A stretch of 64,000 bases of DNA from Phoronis australis (lineage: Eukaryota > Animalia > Phoronida). The notes beneath the pieces are model-generated. The model searched no databases. It had not been told where the DNA came from and saw nothing but the letters and a program-made list of their open reading frames with translations. Shown here piece by piece: positions 51,530 to 64,000 of the stretch; within the stretch, counting starts at the first letter, position 1; every line of letters starts with the position of its first letter. The stretch is from NCBI GenBank assembly GCA_002633005.1, contig NMRA01000093.1:314567-378566 (forward strand), in the 5' to 3' direction. A program made the position numbers and the translations under genes.

Positions 51530-52985
51530 TTAAGCGACCCATCGCCACTTGGCTAAACCAAGCGATGTGGACTTTTCGAGCACTGCATATGGCCTGGTGG
51601 TTGTCTTGAGTTGGGAACCCTGTCTGATGTCGCCGATCTTGAACAAGGTATTGCCATCGAACCTCGAACCGACAGCACCGTCAGTTTCCCAGCTGTGGCC
51701 ACAGCCCGCCATTTTGCACTGACTGAATACCAAACTCTTTTGTTTAACAATACTGATGAAGCACGATTTTGCAAAGATGACAGGCCCAGCTCCCCCCGCG
51801 ATAGCTATCAAGTGCAACTCACCAACCCAGTCTTCCTTGGATCGACAATATTGTGCATTGTTGCAGATCGAGACATGTTCCACGCCTGGCATTGTGAGTT
51901 CGAGATCACGTATACCCTGGTTAGGACGGCAGTTGTTAAGTGGGTCATATACACGCCCCCNCCCCCCCCCCCCGTACTCGAAATCCAACTCGATATTAGT
52001 TTTTGTCGGTTTTCTGTTTTACTTTTCTATGAAGAACTCAAGCATCAATCAATCTATGCCCGAGTACACGAAAGCTTACACGGATAACTTTCTAATTGTA
52101 ATTTGCACCTGATGACCCAGCATTGAGACTAAAAGTTTGAATCTGAACACGAAATTCCGAGTTTTCACTGGAATTCGAGAGTTTTACTCGATGCACAAAC
52201 ATAGGGGTCAACAAGTGCAAACTTGGACTCTAGAAAATTATATCCATAAACCATGACTGTATTCGAGCACAGAATAACCACGCACGAGTAGAAAGATTAG
52301 ACCCAAGGCCCTGAAACAAACATTCAAAGGGCTGGAGCTGATAGGAGTATTTCTCCGTCTTGAAGATGTTGCCTGTGATACTGCAGTAGGAAATTTCAGC
52401 CTTGCGTTTCTAGTCAAGAAACCTCAAGGACGTTTTCGGCCGGTACGCAAAGCCCAGTCATCTTTCATTGCTGAAGTAGAATCTGTGCTTCGGAAGTTTA
52501 TCGTCAAGACTAGTCATGAGTGTTAATACATGGGCGGCGCAACAATGAAAAAGTGGGGGGCTAAAGCCCCCCATCCCCCTTATGATGCACCACCCATAGA
52601 CCATGGGCGGTACAGCCCTGAAAAAGTGGGAGCTATAGCCCCCCGCCCCCTATGGTGCGACGCCCATGTAATAATCTTGTCAAATTCCATTGTCACGAGA
52701 TCCCATGAAATATTGTGGCGTATCCACGCCATTCCGAGGTATCCTTGCCTATGGTAGCGCGTTGCACTATGGTCATGCCCGGCTCGGAACGTCTTCGAAG
52801 AGCTGATGCGTCGTGTATTGGCGATCTCTTGGAAGAAGGAAACGTCACAAAGCTTGCCGACGACCTCTATTGTGATGGTCCGACTATCATATATCCTAGA
52901 GTTGATTGACTGGAAAAGGTCCTGTCTGCATTGTCGAATACCATAATAGTGCATTTCCAGATGGTATGATATCGCAGTAATGTTC
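51530..52985 (-). pseudogene. Unidentified protein-coding sequence disrupted by two MITE insertions and stop codons
   Basis: Long open segments 52985-52669, 52523-52310 (two stops) and 51957-51530. They join after removing 52529-52668 (one frameshift remains) and about 51960-52310 (in frame: ...CLFQ/GRVYDP...). Confidence 0.55.
52529..52668. mobile_element. CATGGG...CCCATG MITE dimer with 5-bp target duplication TAATA
   Basis: Two tandem units; taata at 52524-52528 and 52669-52673. Confidence 0.8.
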
Positions 52986-54705
52986 CTGTGTACGTAGGAT
53001 TCTCTATATGTATCTATTCCATACATATGAACTTATTTTCATCATTGCAATATCTTGTTGCCATGTAGGCCTGACGTCATACATAGCCAAGCCCACATGC
53101 ACGGATAAGCGTCAAGATTTTCTGCGATGTTGAATACCTAGTTTTATTTCATAATGAAGTTATTTGAATATTCTGTTTGTGAAATAAACAAGTTAAAACA
53201 ACCAACCATTCAATAATATTAAAAGTTTGTCGGAAACAATCCATCCTGGAATGTAACAATTAGGTCGTTAAACTGAATAATTGTGTAGCACTGTGTCGTT
53301 TAAGCTTGAATGAATGTTTTCTCGGACCATTTTCGTTTTTAGCTTCTGGAATGAAAATAGTAACAAAAATATTTCCTCCGTGTTGATCACAGCACCTTAA
53401 AATAGCGGTGGAAACTATTCTGGTTCGCGTAACTTGAGGGTAAGGACTTTCGCGAAACACTACCGCAGCGAGGGAGAGTCGAGGAACACTGCGAGCACGC
53501 GATTGTTTCAGTTGTGACGGGCGCGCCATACATGTACCTTCGTGAATTATAGAGTTACAGTTTCGCGTCACTTTCTTAGTTGACTCTAGTTATAGGGTCG
53601 TCACCCGTGTTTTAGACTCGTCCTCACGTGCATTCTTTTGGTCTATAAAAAGCCGCGCACTTGTAGTTTTGGCAAGCTGTCTGGGGTTTGAAACCCGCTC
53701 CACCCTCAAGATCGCTGTCACAATGAGTGACGTATTGTAAGTTCCCTGGTTTTTCCGAAGAGTCTATAAGTTGTTCAATAGTTTCCTATAAATTCTTTTC
53801 CGTCATCACTGGTTGTAATTTAAGACGACAATAATTAATTCGAATGTATTTTTAATATGTTCAACTCTCTTTTTTCGCCCGATCCAGGGTTTTCTGTTTC
53901 AATACTCGAGCTTCAAAACAAAACAACGACAACGGCGGCCATTCACAACACCTACAAACACAACAATCCATATAACATCCCTACACAGTAAAAAAACACG
54001 TGCTCGACATTAGGTCGCAGTTTCCTATAAATATCTTGGTTCTTAAAATAGATATACTGCTGCATCAATAACGAAACGTTTTCGTTTGATTTGAAATAGA
54101 TTTTGGCTGATTCTATTGGGGACGTTATTCAGGCTCTTGACCTGTTTATGGTGAGCCAGGTTAAAACTAGCGAAGCCTAAACATAAGCGCCTGATCACCG
54201 TGCGTCTAATGTTCTTAGTAAAAACTTTGCTGAAAGCTTACAGTTTTGGAGCAGTAAACTGCTTTTTCAGGAACAACGCCTTTTGTCATAGGTAGCCCTA
54301 ATGAACGAGCCCAATTGAATTAGCCGTCGAATACGCGAATTTACTCCATTGTACAAGAGCCATGAAAAACTGCCACTGTCACTGAATACTGATTTGCTCT
54401 ACTTTCCCGTATTTAACAGTGTATCTCTCGGCGCATTCCGTGGACGTGTTCACACACACAACGGATAAGACGCAATAGTTTTCGCCTGAATTTAGTCACG
54501 CAGCTGTTATTTATTGAGTTTGTTAAAGTGTTCATAATCCACGTTCACGTTTCTAGCGGCACCGTGGAATGGCGACTTTTGCTGAACTGAAAGATATATT
54601 CAACCAGCTAGATTTAACTAGGATACATTTGTTGCCACAATTCTACGAAAAGCAGCTTTTTACAATTTTTGTGATCGTGCTTAAACTATAAAGAGTATTC
54701 TATTT

Positions 54706-54742
54706 ATTTGTTTGTTTGTTTGTTTGTTTGTTTGTTTATTTG
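54706..54742 (+). repeat. (TTTG)n microsatellite
   Basis: Direct reading. Confidence 0.9.
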
Positions 54743-56784
54743 GGTGGATGCCGCAGAGATATTTTTAGACTCAACTATAAGTCACGTGACCAACATACAT
54801 GTATGACGTGTATGAAGACTAATAACTCTTTCTTATTATATTATTCCAGTGTGAAATATCCATTCAAGTGAACTCAATTGAGCGTCTCCACGGTGAGCAG
54901 GAGGTCCCGGGTTCGAGTCCAAGTTGGGGTAGAAATCTTCAGACTGATATTCATTAGGTCACGTGATGTGACCACAGGTGGCATGTGACCACAGGTGACA
55001 TGTTGCCCGTTATAAACTTGATTTTAAGTTGGTCCTTACCCAGATTCCAACCGAAATAAATATCAAAAAACAACGTCAACTTTGTGGAATGTTTGTGTAC
55101 AACAAACGACAGACGAAACGTCCAAACAAGATTTGGTTGCAACATTAGATATATTTTCTAACAATATGTCTATAACATGCGGCGCCAAAGTATTTAGTCA
55201 TGGAACCACTACATTTGTACATAAGCGCACTTATTTGCGACTGTCAACGACTACACAACAAAAATAACTCGCTGTAACAAAGAATGTTTAGGCCACTTTA
55301 ACAACACGCATCTGAAACAGCATTTAAATCAATTACCATTGCTCCGGACGCATGCAAAAATTCTCCAAATCTTTATCTTACAAATTTCCGGAAGTAAAGA
55401 AATAGCGACTGCGAACCTATGGGTTTGTAGGTTCTAGTGTAGTGATCCGTTATATTATATTGTAGAGGTTGGTGCCTTTATTATCTTCTCGAACTTAAGA
55501 GGAATACATCGATTTAGTCTGTTGTTTTTGTAGCATAAACACGATTCATCATAGTTTAACAGCACTGCTCCTTGTAGCAATACTGTTCCACGTCATCATT
55601 TCTTTGTCATGCAGCACATGTAAATCATCTCAAGGGACTACTTTCACCAGAAGAAAACATGTATTATCTCGTCACAACTCGGATAAAATGTTATGTTGGT
55701 GAAGCGGGGGTTACTCGACTGTTTCTCTTGATGTGTGTATGGTTGGAATTAGGGCTCCCAACCTCATGCAGAATGGAAACGAAATTGGAATCTATTTGCA
55801 GAGATTGTCCGTGAAGAATTATCTTACAGCCATGTTCCGTAATCGTCATCGTTTTGTTTCTTCAATTACCGAAGTCGTGCTTAAGAGTTAAGTATAACAC
55901 ATTCGCAGGAATTCAATCGGTAAAGGCACTCTGCAGTCCTAAGTGACACAACGCTTGCATTGTGCCAATTCGGGTGATCCTGTCCAAATTGTCACACCAA
56001 TTTTGCGTGTGTCAGTTTGGGTCTGCATTATTTTCGCTCACTTGAAGTTGTGCCAGTGTGCGCCGATGGGTCAGGTTGAGCCTAACAGACCACTCACTGA
56101 CAATATTAGGTCCACTGTGTAACCAACTAGCCCTCAACAACTGGATGACTGAGAATAATGTCTCCGGAAGGGAGCCAATATATAAAAAGTTCCTTAAGAA
56201 TATATAGTTCAAATAATCACTCTCACGTCAATGAAATAACACGAGGTACAGAGTTAATCGAAGAAAGCCAAAAGACCGTAGTGGGTTCGTTCTGTACACT
56301 GCTAACCGACTAAAAACCACCCCCGCCCAATTTCTGGTGTTTTGTTTTTTGACTGAAGATCTGCACAAAGACAGGTTAGCAAGCGGAAGTAGGGTTGGAA
56401 TCGACAGAATTTGCTAAATGGTGAGTAAAAAATAAATACCGCATTATTTTTGCTCGTTCCAGGTTGATTAACTTAAAAAATGAGCAACGAACAAAAATAC
56501 CACCACCGACTCGATGTTCAAGACCAGAACTTAATGCTTGTTGCTTAAGCTTCAGCTAATAGATATTTGTGAGACTGGTTCCTTCACCTGCGCAAAAGAA
56601 GTCAAGATTCTCATTTGCAAGGCTCACGATCACACAAAACATAAGTTCAAGTGTATTGGAAACCTATGGTGTGTTGGCAGCCTACCGCTGTTTGAAAATC
56701 AAAACTGCATTGTAAGCATTGAGGAAAGCCACTCTGGTATAACAGGCAAACCGAATTGCTGGGCAGAAAATGTATGTTCCGTCT

Positions 56785-56895
56785 TTAGTCGTCGTATTGT
56801 TCATCAACCATGGCTTCGCAATCATCCTCGTCGACCTTACCATTTTGCTTATAGGTGACATATTGCACGGGACACTGCTCGTTCATGATCAGAGA
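56785..56895 (-). CDS. Vmat: VMAT last coding exon ([36 protein letters not shown])
   Basis: tttcag acceptor, phase 0; completes the EEKLSLI dileucine-type motif and the acidic tail; TAA at 56785-56787. Confidence 0.9.
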   Translation of the reverse strand, partial: SLIMNEQCPVQYVTYKQNGKVDEDDCEAMVDEQYDD

Positions 56896-59800
56896 CTGAA
56901 ATGAGAAGCCAAAGTTCACGGTGAAATTAAAGTTCTTGTTACACAGAACTCGTTATAAGAACGGCTAAAATTTTAGTTTACAAACGTAAACGTCCAGTTT
57001 ATTCGACACCGTCCACGATGTTGTAACTCAGGTTGTAAGAAATGTTTTTAAGGTCACTTCCCACTCAGTTTTAACCTTTTGTGTCAAAACCCTTAACAGC
57101 GTAGTGAGAACATCTTTGGTGTGACATGACCTTAATGTTATGTGTGACCTTATCGACAAGTCGGTGTATTCAACCAAATATCAATAACACTTTATGTTTT
57201 AACTCAGTTAATGTACATGCTCTTTTAATGTGGAAAACCTGTAGAATTTAATATTGGACTTTTTACTAATGTGTCATTAATTGGTTCACGTGACCATACA
57301 TTTTTGTTAAATTTTCGCTAAAAACGAAACCTACATTCACAACAATATCCATAACATGACCAAATTTCATTTTATAAATTCTCAAGATGAAATCTCAAAC
57401 ACGCTGTAACAATTTTCTAAATTATTGCTCCATTTTCGTGTTACGCAGCATTTAATTTTTTTAAGGTAATAACAAAAGTCCTAATTTTAGACAGAGCAAA
57501 AGTATTTACTTCTAGCTACGCATCGCTTTTATTTTCAAAAGTAGGGTGGTGGATTGCAATTCCTAAGGCAATGAACGCAACTCCCGATTACAAGGACTCG
57601 AAAAAATGCCAGAAAATGAAGACTAAAAATGCGTTTACATATTCTTACACTGATGCCTGGCACGAGATCAGTCTGCTTTCCAATTAAAGCGTGTACCTAT
57701 TAAAGCTATTACAAACTAATGGTACCTGGTGCTCAACAAAACTTATACATATGTATACATAATAATATATTCATATATGCATAGAAAATGGTTTACCAGT
57801 TTTTCTTCTTTCGTTGGCGGATTCCTCAGGAAGTATAACAGCGGCGCGTAGAGGATATTCACTATTGCTATTCCATACAACATCCTAAAACAAAGAAATC
57901 CCGCAGATTTCGAAACCCGTTTTACACAAGTGAATTTTATAGGAATACGTGGTGCAACTGATAGGAATTGAAACCACGGCCTAACGATTGTGCACTCGTA
58001 GTGGTTTTAAAGAACTTAAAATCATCAATTATACATAAAAACACCAAAAAACAACGCAACCTATCGATCAACTGTCAAATTAGAAAACCCACAAACATTA
58101 TGTGACGATATGTTAATTATGTCGTATCCAGTTACGAGAATTCATTGGTAGAAAGATACTACATAAAACCGGGACAACCAATTACAGCACTAGCTATCCC
58201 CATTTTCTTTAGGGTGAAAAGTCGTCAGATATTGTTGCTCATTTTCGCGTGGTTAATAAGGAACAGCGATGCTTTGCCTTAGTGGTAGATCTGACAACGT
58301 AGTATAAGACCACGCCGTGGCTCTTTTCACTTTCCCGCGGATATGGCACAAAGTTGTATAAGAAATTCACGTGTTTGTGGATATGACACAATAGCCCTGG
58401 GTACTTTCATACGTCACACTCATATCTGTGGAGCTACGTGCGTTTGGCATTATTTACGATTGTGATATTCATTGCGTAATCATGCTGACCATGAAGTCAC
58501 TAGTCAAAACGAGACTTTAAGCACTTTAAGAGTCACTAGATTTAAAATTACTTTTCACGTTTCGCGTTATTTTAAAACATGGTGAAATTTTAAAGTCGTA
58601 GTACTGGACCCGATCACACCAGAGCAAGATTTTTCTTCCAATTGTCTCTGTTATTTCTAGTGCTTAGACATTCGTAGACACTTACCAGTTAAAGCCAACT
58701 GCCTTTACTAAACTACCACTTAGCGCCGGACCTGTAATAACCAGTTCACAAAATGCAGTGGTAATTGCGTTCAGTTTTCATACATGCCTCTATTCGGATC
58801 ACCTGTAATTAGGCATAAGTTCATCTGTCTGTCCATGGTTACTTGGTTACACTGTCCACTAAAATTTTGGAATCAACTGGTCCCTTACTCATATGATAAG
58901 TGAATTTTTGGATCGCAATAAAACTGACTGCTCGGCTCATGAAATGCCAAACCAACTTATAGAGCATGTTCTCAGGTACTAAAGTATGCCTCTTGTTACG
59001 AACCATAAAATTCCCTAAAGGTAGACTTAAGTACAGTTTGAGAGCAATGGATACTGTAGTTCCGGCATGTCCGAATGGAAATCGAGGACTTGTCGGGAAC
59101 AGATGGTGGGGGAAATGCTTGCGGATATAGAAGCATGTGATAGAGACCTCACAACCAACTTAAAATAAGCTCGGAAATAAGTTCATACAAGTACCGCATT
59201 ATTTCAGGTAACGATATCTTTTCAATGAAATGTAAAACACTTGAATTTTGAAAATCTAGTGCCGACAAACAATACTGAGTTTTGAGACATGCACATGTAA
59301 TCAGGTCTATGGTGAGCGAAGCTGCCAGAGGAAAGCCCTGTGAAATAGATGATACACGGATTTGTTAAATTTCTAACACCTTTGGTTTAGTGTATAAACT
59401 TAAATATTGTAATGTGAGACGGAGGCCTCTTCACACAAATAAAATTACATGGACAAATCAAAAAGAAACTGTTGTTGTTGTAGCAGGATATTTCCGCCAC
59501 ATTTGCTCTGCTCTTTGAGACTTCGTAACAGCAACTACGGTGGACGTGATCAAACTGTGTTTCTCGGAACAATCCATTTCCGTTCGATTCGGTGATGAGG
59601 CTGATTTGGAAAATTGCTTTTCTTACCGATAACACCTTTAAGCAAGTAGTGATATCTAGAACTGACTCACCTACGGCAAAACCTAAACAAAACGCAATAT
59701 CCGCGATGGCGTAAACACTGCCATAGACTGACGCGTGACGTATGTCTACTAGGTAGCCCATCAGAGGCATCATTGCAGCATCCACCATGCCTACAAAATG

Positions 59801-62800
59801 GTGCACACGTATGAATAAATAAAAACATGTTTTATACAGTTATACTGCTTTGAAAGGAAGGCAAAAAACACTCGTCAGTCATGGCGTTGATAACCTTAGA
59901 ATCAAAATCGGTCACCTCCAGTGCCCGACTATCCAACATGTAACTAAGCAACTGCTTGTCCGCCAGGTCCGTTCTTCTACAAATTGTGCAAAAGTCATGG
60001 AGACAGGGAATGAAAATTGTGGCGACCTGGAGCAGTGAAACAATGTGGCGACCACAAGAAGCCCAAATAACTAAGGTCCCGGAATTTAGCTTGTTCTAAG
60101 AAACCATAATCCGTCACCCGTTATGTTCCATTTTCTTGTTTTCAGGAAACATCAAATTCACGGTTTGATATGCTGTGCTTTTATCGTGGTTACATGTCAG
60201 AACAATTTAACAGGTGTCCATTAACAAAATGTAGAAATATGTGAAAGGTTATGGCAACAACAACTGGACACGAGGTCCTATTTAAAAAGAAAACAAATTT
60301 TCGAAAAACCGAAATTTCAAATGTTATGTTCTTTTCCACTCTGAATAGCGAAGTCGTCTTAGTTGTTCCACATTTGACACACATTTGTCGATGAGAATAT
60401 TTTCTGTGAAGAAGCTCATCGAGGCTTGTTGACATATCTTACCTATTGCTAATCCCAACCCGCCATTGGGGGCAATTAGATGGTTTAAGTTTTTGGCAAA
60501 GGGGACCTGAAAGAGAAACAAAAGCTTTTGAGCTATCCCAAGAATGCAGTAAAATGAGAGTTTGGGAATTTTACATTCAGATATCGACAGGATCACCAAC
60601 ATAATAATGATAATAATAGTACAAGTACTGCAATTGAAAACTCACCGCTATTAGGCAGCCTCCAACAACCACCATTCCAATGGCGGCGCTGAGCCATCTG
60701 CCTATTTTGTGAGCCAGGGGCCCGAAGATATTGGTTCCAATCAAATACGATATACTGGCCGGAAGAAAAGCTGCCCCCTGCTCCCACTTCTGAGAATGCA
60801 TTGTGTCCATCATCCAGACCGGAAGTGACGGTTCCAACATGGCAATGCCCATGTTTGCGAAAGTAATAGATCCTAGACAATATAAATTGGTAAAATGAAG
60901 TGTTGCTTAAACATAAAACAGAGTTTAAGCAAAAGATTAATTAATACGTTACCATAGAATATCTTTACATGTACTTGCATGCTGCAGGGATATTTTAGGG
61001 CTGCGCCCCGTGTCATTGGCGCAAAAAAATTTCATTGGCGCACTCACTATTTTTTCACACATTTTTCTAAAATGAATCATAATTTTGGTTACTTTTGAAT
61101 CATAACATGGGACGGTACGTTTTAGATTACATCACTTCAAATATCCTTCATGTAGACTAAACAAAACAGGGGCCTGTTCCAAGGAAGGCGAATCTGAAAT
61201 TCAAGTCAATTTTAAGATAAAAATTCAATTTTTCTGAAGTTTGTTCCGAGGAAGTGATCTTAAGTTTGACGTAAGTTTTGAGTTAAGTTTTGTTTGAAGT
61301 TTGACTAACCTACCAGATGTAGAAGCTTCAAACTTTGGAAGTTGGAATGAGCCTCAATACTTTAGTGATTACCGTAAATGCTCAAGACTTGGTAAACGGG
61401 CATTTCTATCGTTTGCCAAATCGGTGAACGTTACGCACGTAAATTACGTGTGTAAGTTAATTCTTGGTAGAGGCGTAAAGTAAATACTTGAGGCGTAAAG
61501 TGATAAATTTAAGCCGCAAACAATTACTTTATGCCGCACATTATTACTTTACGCCTCTAACACGAATTAACATACGCACGTAATTTACGTGCGTAACGTT
61601 CACCTATATGGCCAACCATACATTTCCATACGCTGTCTGGTAAGTTGGCACTGACCTTTATGTTACAAAAACGGTTAATTCTGAAGTCATACCATCGAAA
61701 TATGACTGTCACAGTTTTCTATAGAAGATAAAAATATCAGAAGAGGTCAAGTTTTATCTGCAGATATTCATTTTGCCAGTATTCCTCATAACTGAAACTG
61801 TGTGGAGGAAACTGTTGTATTAGACTAAATCCTTTTGTAATGGAAACATTAACTTTCAGTTTTGGTTTAGAGCATGTGCATTTGCACAAACGAACTGGAC
61901 TTTTTTAGAATTTCTGATACAGGACATACCAGCGGCAATCACGATGTAAGGATCCTTCAAGAGTTGTATTAACGATGTCCCCACCACGCTTTCTGGTTTT
62001 ATTTTTGGTTGCAGAGCACACAGTTGTAAACCTGAAAAGAAAATGTGTCGAATGTATTCCAAGCGATTTATAGTTTTACCATTTTAACCAAGCACGATTG
62101 CGAAAACTAAATGCTTGTGTTTTGGGGTATTGCTGTTTTGTTCGCAGCTTTTTGAGACGGCGTTGGTGTAACGTTCAGTGTGTCAATTTGTTTGAAGGGA
62201 AATAGAGTCGGCCCTGTGAAACGAATTTCAATTTTTTTGAGTCTAGGGAGTGTATTAGAATGACAACAAATGACTACTAGTACCCGCACACAGAGCCGAG
62301 TCTTGCTTTGGGGTTCCCAAAGCACTTTATTATGGGGCCAAATTCTTAAAAGATTTGCTAACACGAACTTGAAGTCGGGCACTTTACCAGACTTCCAAAA
62401 GAAAAATTGATATGCAGATTTCTAGAGCAAGTTTCCAGAATCACAAGATCAAAAGGGCAGTCTTAAAGCTTGCAAAGCTGTGGATTTTATACGTATTTTG
62501 TTAATAAGACTATAAACTTCTATAAACTTGTTAATAAGACTATAAACTGAGGGAGGGCTCTGTTAAGAGAATTTCCTGTGGAGAGGGCAGCAATCAGAAA
62601 ACCGTTAAATTCTTTGGTTTTGTATTTTGAAACGATAAATCTTTTCATATTATTTTTGGGTTCTAAAACAGAGTACATTAGGAAGTGGACGTTTTGGGTT
62701 CTAAATTAGAGCACATTGGGGAATTCAAAATGGCTACAACTGAACATGAACAGTTGCACCAGCATGTTAAACTATGGAAGTATAAGAGGCGACCAGCATT

Positions 62801-63014
62801 GTGAGACCTAAATATTAGGAGTAATTTCTAATTCAGCAGAAAAAAATAATGCTTGTCGCGAGTGTACCATGCGTGATGTGTAATATTGAACACTATTTCG
62901 CCAAATACTCTGGAAAATACTTACACCCGTCAATAAGAGCGAGAGACGCCAGTATCAAGAAGGGAGCCTCTTTCCCGACAAACTCGTACATTACACCACC
63001 AAATGGCGGCCCCA
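56785..63014 (-). CDS. Vmat: Vesicular monoamine transporter (SLC18A1/2 family), 3' eight coding exons; 5' part lies beyond the window
   Basis: Exons 63014-62925, 62031-61930, 60872-60646, 60506-60443, 59790-59671, 58731-58686, 57884-57797, 56895-56785, all phase-consistent. Hallmark VMAT peptides [52 protein letters not shown] and PPTKEEK. Confidence 0.96.
57797..57884 (-). CDS. Vmat: VMAT exon ([29 protein letters not shown])
   Basis: 88 nt, TM12, GT-AG. Confidence 0.92.
58686..58731 (-). CDS. Vmat: VMAT exon ([15 protein letters not shown])
   Basis: 46 nt, ttacag acceptor and gtaagt donor. Confidence 0.9.
59671..59790 (-). CDS. Vmat: VMAT exon ([40 protein letters not shown])
   Basis: 120 nt, GT-AG. 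Confidence 0.95.
60443..60506 (-). CDS. Vmat: VMAT exon ([22 protein letters not shown])
   Basis: 64 nt, GT-AG. Confidence 0.93.
60646..60872 (-). CDS. Vmat: VMAT exon ([14 protein letters not shown]...GGCLIA)
   Basis: 227 nt, GT-AG. Confidence 0.95.
61407..61620. mobile_element. Foldback MITE in a VMAT intron
   Basis: ggtgaacgttacgcacgtaaattacgtg pairs with cacgtaatttacgtgcgtaacgttcacc, plus further nested inverted repeats. Confidence 0.85.
61930..62031 (-). CDS. Vmat: VMAT exon (LQLCALQP...[12 protein letters not shown])
   Basis: 102 nt, GT-AG. Confidence 0.93.
62925..63014 (-). CDS. Vmat: VMAT exon ([30 protein letters not shown])
   Basis: 90 nt, tttcag acceptor and gtaagt donor. Confidence 0.93.
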
Positions 63015-64000
63015 CTGAAAACAAAATTGCCAAATTTGGAGTAATCCAAGTACATTTAATAATAACCCTATTGATTTGAATTTGCTTACACAGAATTAGT
63101 ATTCACTGATTATCTAGCACATTTAAAATCATTGCAAGCATTTTTGCCAGTCCTACTGTATCGTAGTTACTTCATAATGTTTTCATTATATTCAATAACG
63201 GGAGTATTAGATTTTTTTCTCGCGGATTTCATAATCTGTGGCGTCACCGGGTTTTTACAGCCCAAAAGTCGCCCACCAACGTATATGAAAAACGATACCA
63301 GCGTCGCTAAGACAGAGAGATTGGTAGTAGGCGAAATCCGTTGAATTCCTGGTCATCTTCTGCGGACGACTATTGACGTTTACATTCTTACCAAACGTTT
63401 TCTTTTTACTTTGTTAAGACCTCACGATAACGTGTCTACTAATCTGTGCTCAGGACATACTATGTTTTACATGGATGACTGTGTAATCATATTTTGCATT
63501 CAACGAACCCAGTATTAAAGCCATTTCTCGAATTTTACCTCGAATCTAGGGGTCATCAATTGCGAATTTGGACAACACAGGGGTTTGCGTAATGTATACT
63601 ATATTTAAGCACAGAACAATAGGGGATTGTTTTAATTTTGTATTGAAGGAGAGTGGTAAATGACAGATATGTTTTTGAGTTCGATTTCGAGTGAAAAGAA
63701 TAGATTCCACCGAGGCCTTGGTCAGCTCAACACACGAGATGCGGTACTTTCAAACGAAAAAACCACGACGTCGTCTTGTATGATCGGGTATCAAAAGCAA
63801 TGACAAGCGATCATTTCTGCGTTTGCTAACTGGCATTCATTTCTGCTGTCTGTTTCTTGTTCTTGCGAATTGTCCCTTTACCGAATTGTTTTGAGCGAAA
63901 TGTCGATTTCCCCGACATTGTTTGAACAGTATATGTGAACCGACTCGTGAACGAGACAGTCTCGCCCTCTAGTGACTCACTGCACATTTGCTTGACATCA

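Noticed and set aside
51611-52087. 158-aa + strand ORF as a gene
   Set aside because: It runs through an N and MITE sequence and is better explained as the antisense shadow of the minus-strand pseudogene.

Overview
AT-rich, repeat-dense animal genomic DNA, probably from a marine invertebrate. It is intron-rich and not prokaryotic. Three spliced minus-strand genes were reconstructed by hand from GT-AG sites and codon phases. (1) The 3' eight coding exons of a vesicular monoamine transporter (SLC18A/VMAT) at 56785-63014; its 5' end lies beyond the window. (2) A complete 11-exon, 459-aa divergent ceramide-kinase-like gene at 14231-43853. (3) At the left edge, a secreted vasopressin/oxytocin-family precursor exon (750-884) encoding an atypical peptide, CFIWNCPIG. 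It lacks the usual GKR amidation/cleavage site, and no neurophysin exon is visible in the window; this is the most interesting signal. The rest is transposon debris (Penelope-like GIY-YIG fragments, one with a hammerhead-like motif; an L1/Tx1 RT fragment; P-element-like remnants; a THAP-bearing Kolobok-like element; many MITEs and tRNA-derived repeats) plus decayed ORFs. Four apparent tandem duplications abut single-N gaps and look like uncollapsed allelic haplotypes. No database searches were run; family calls rest on recognised motifs.
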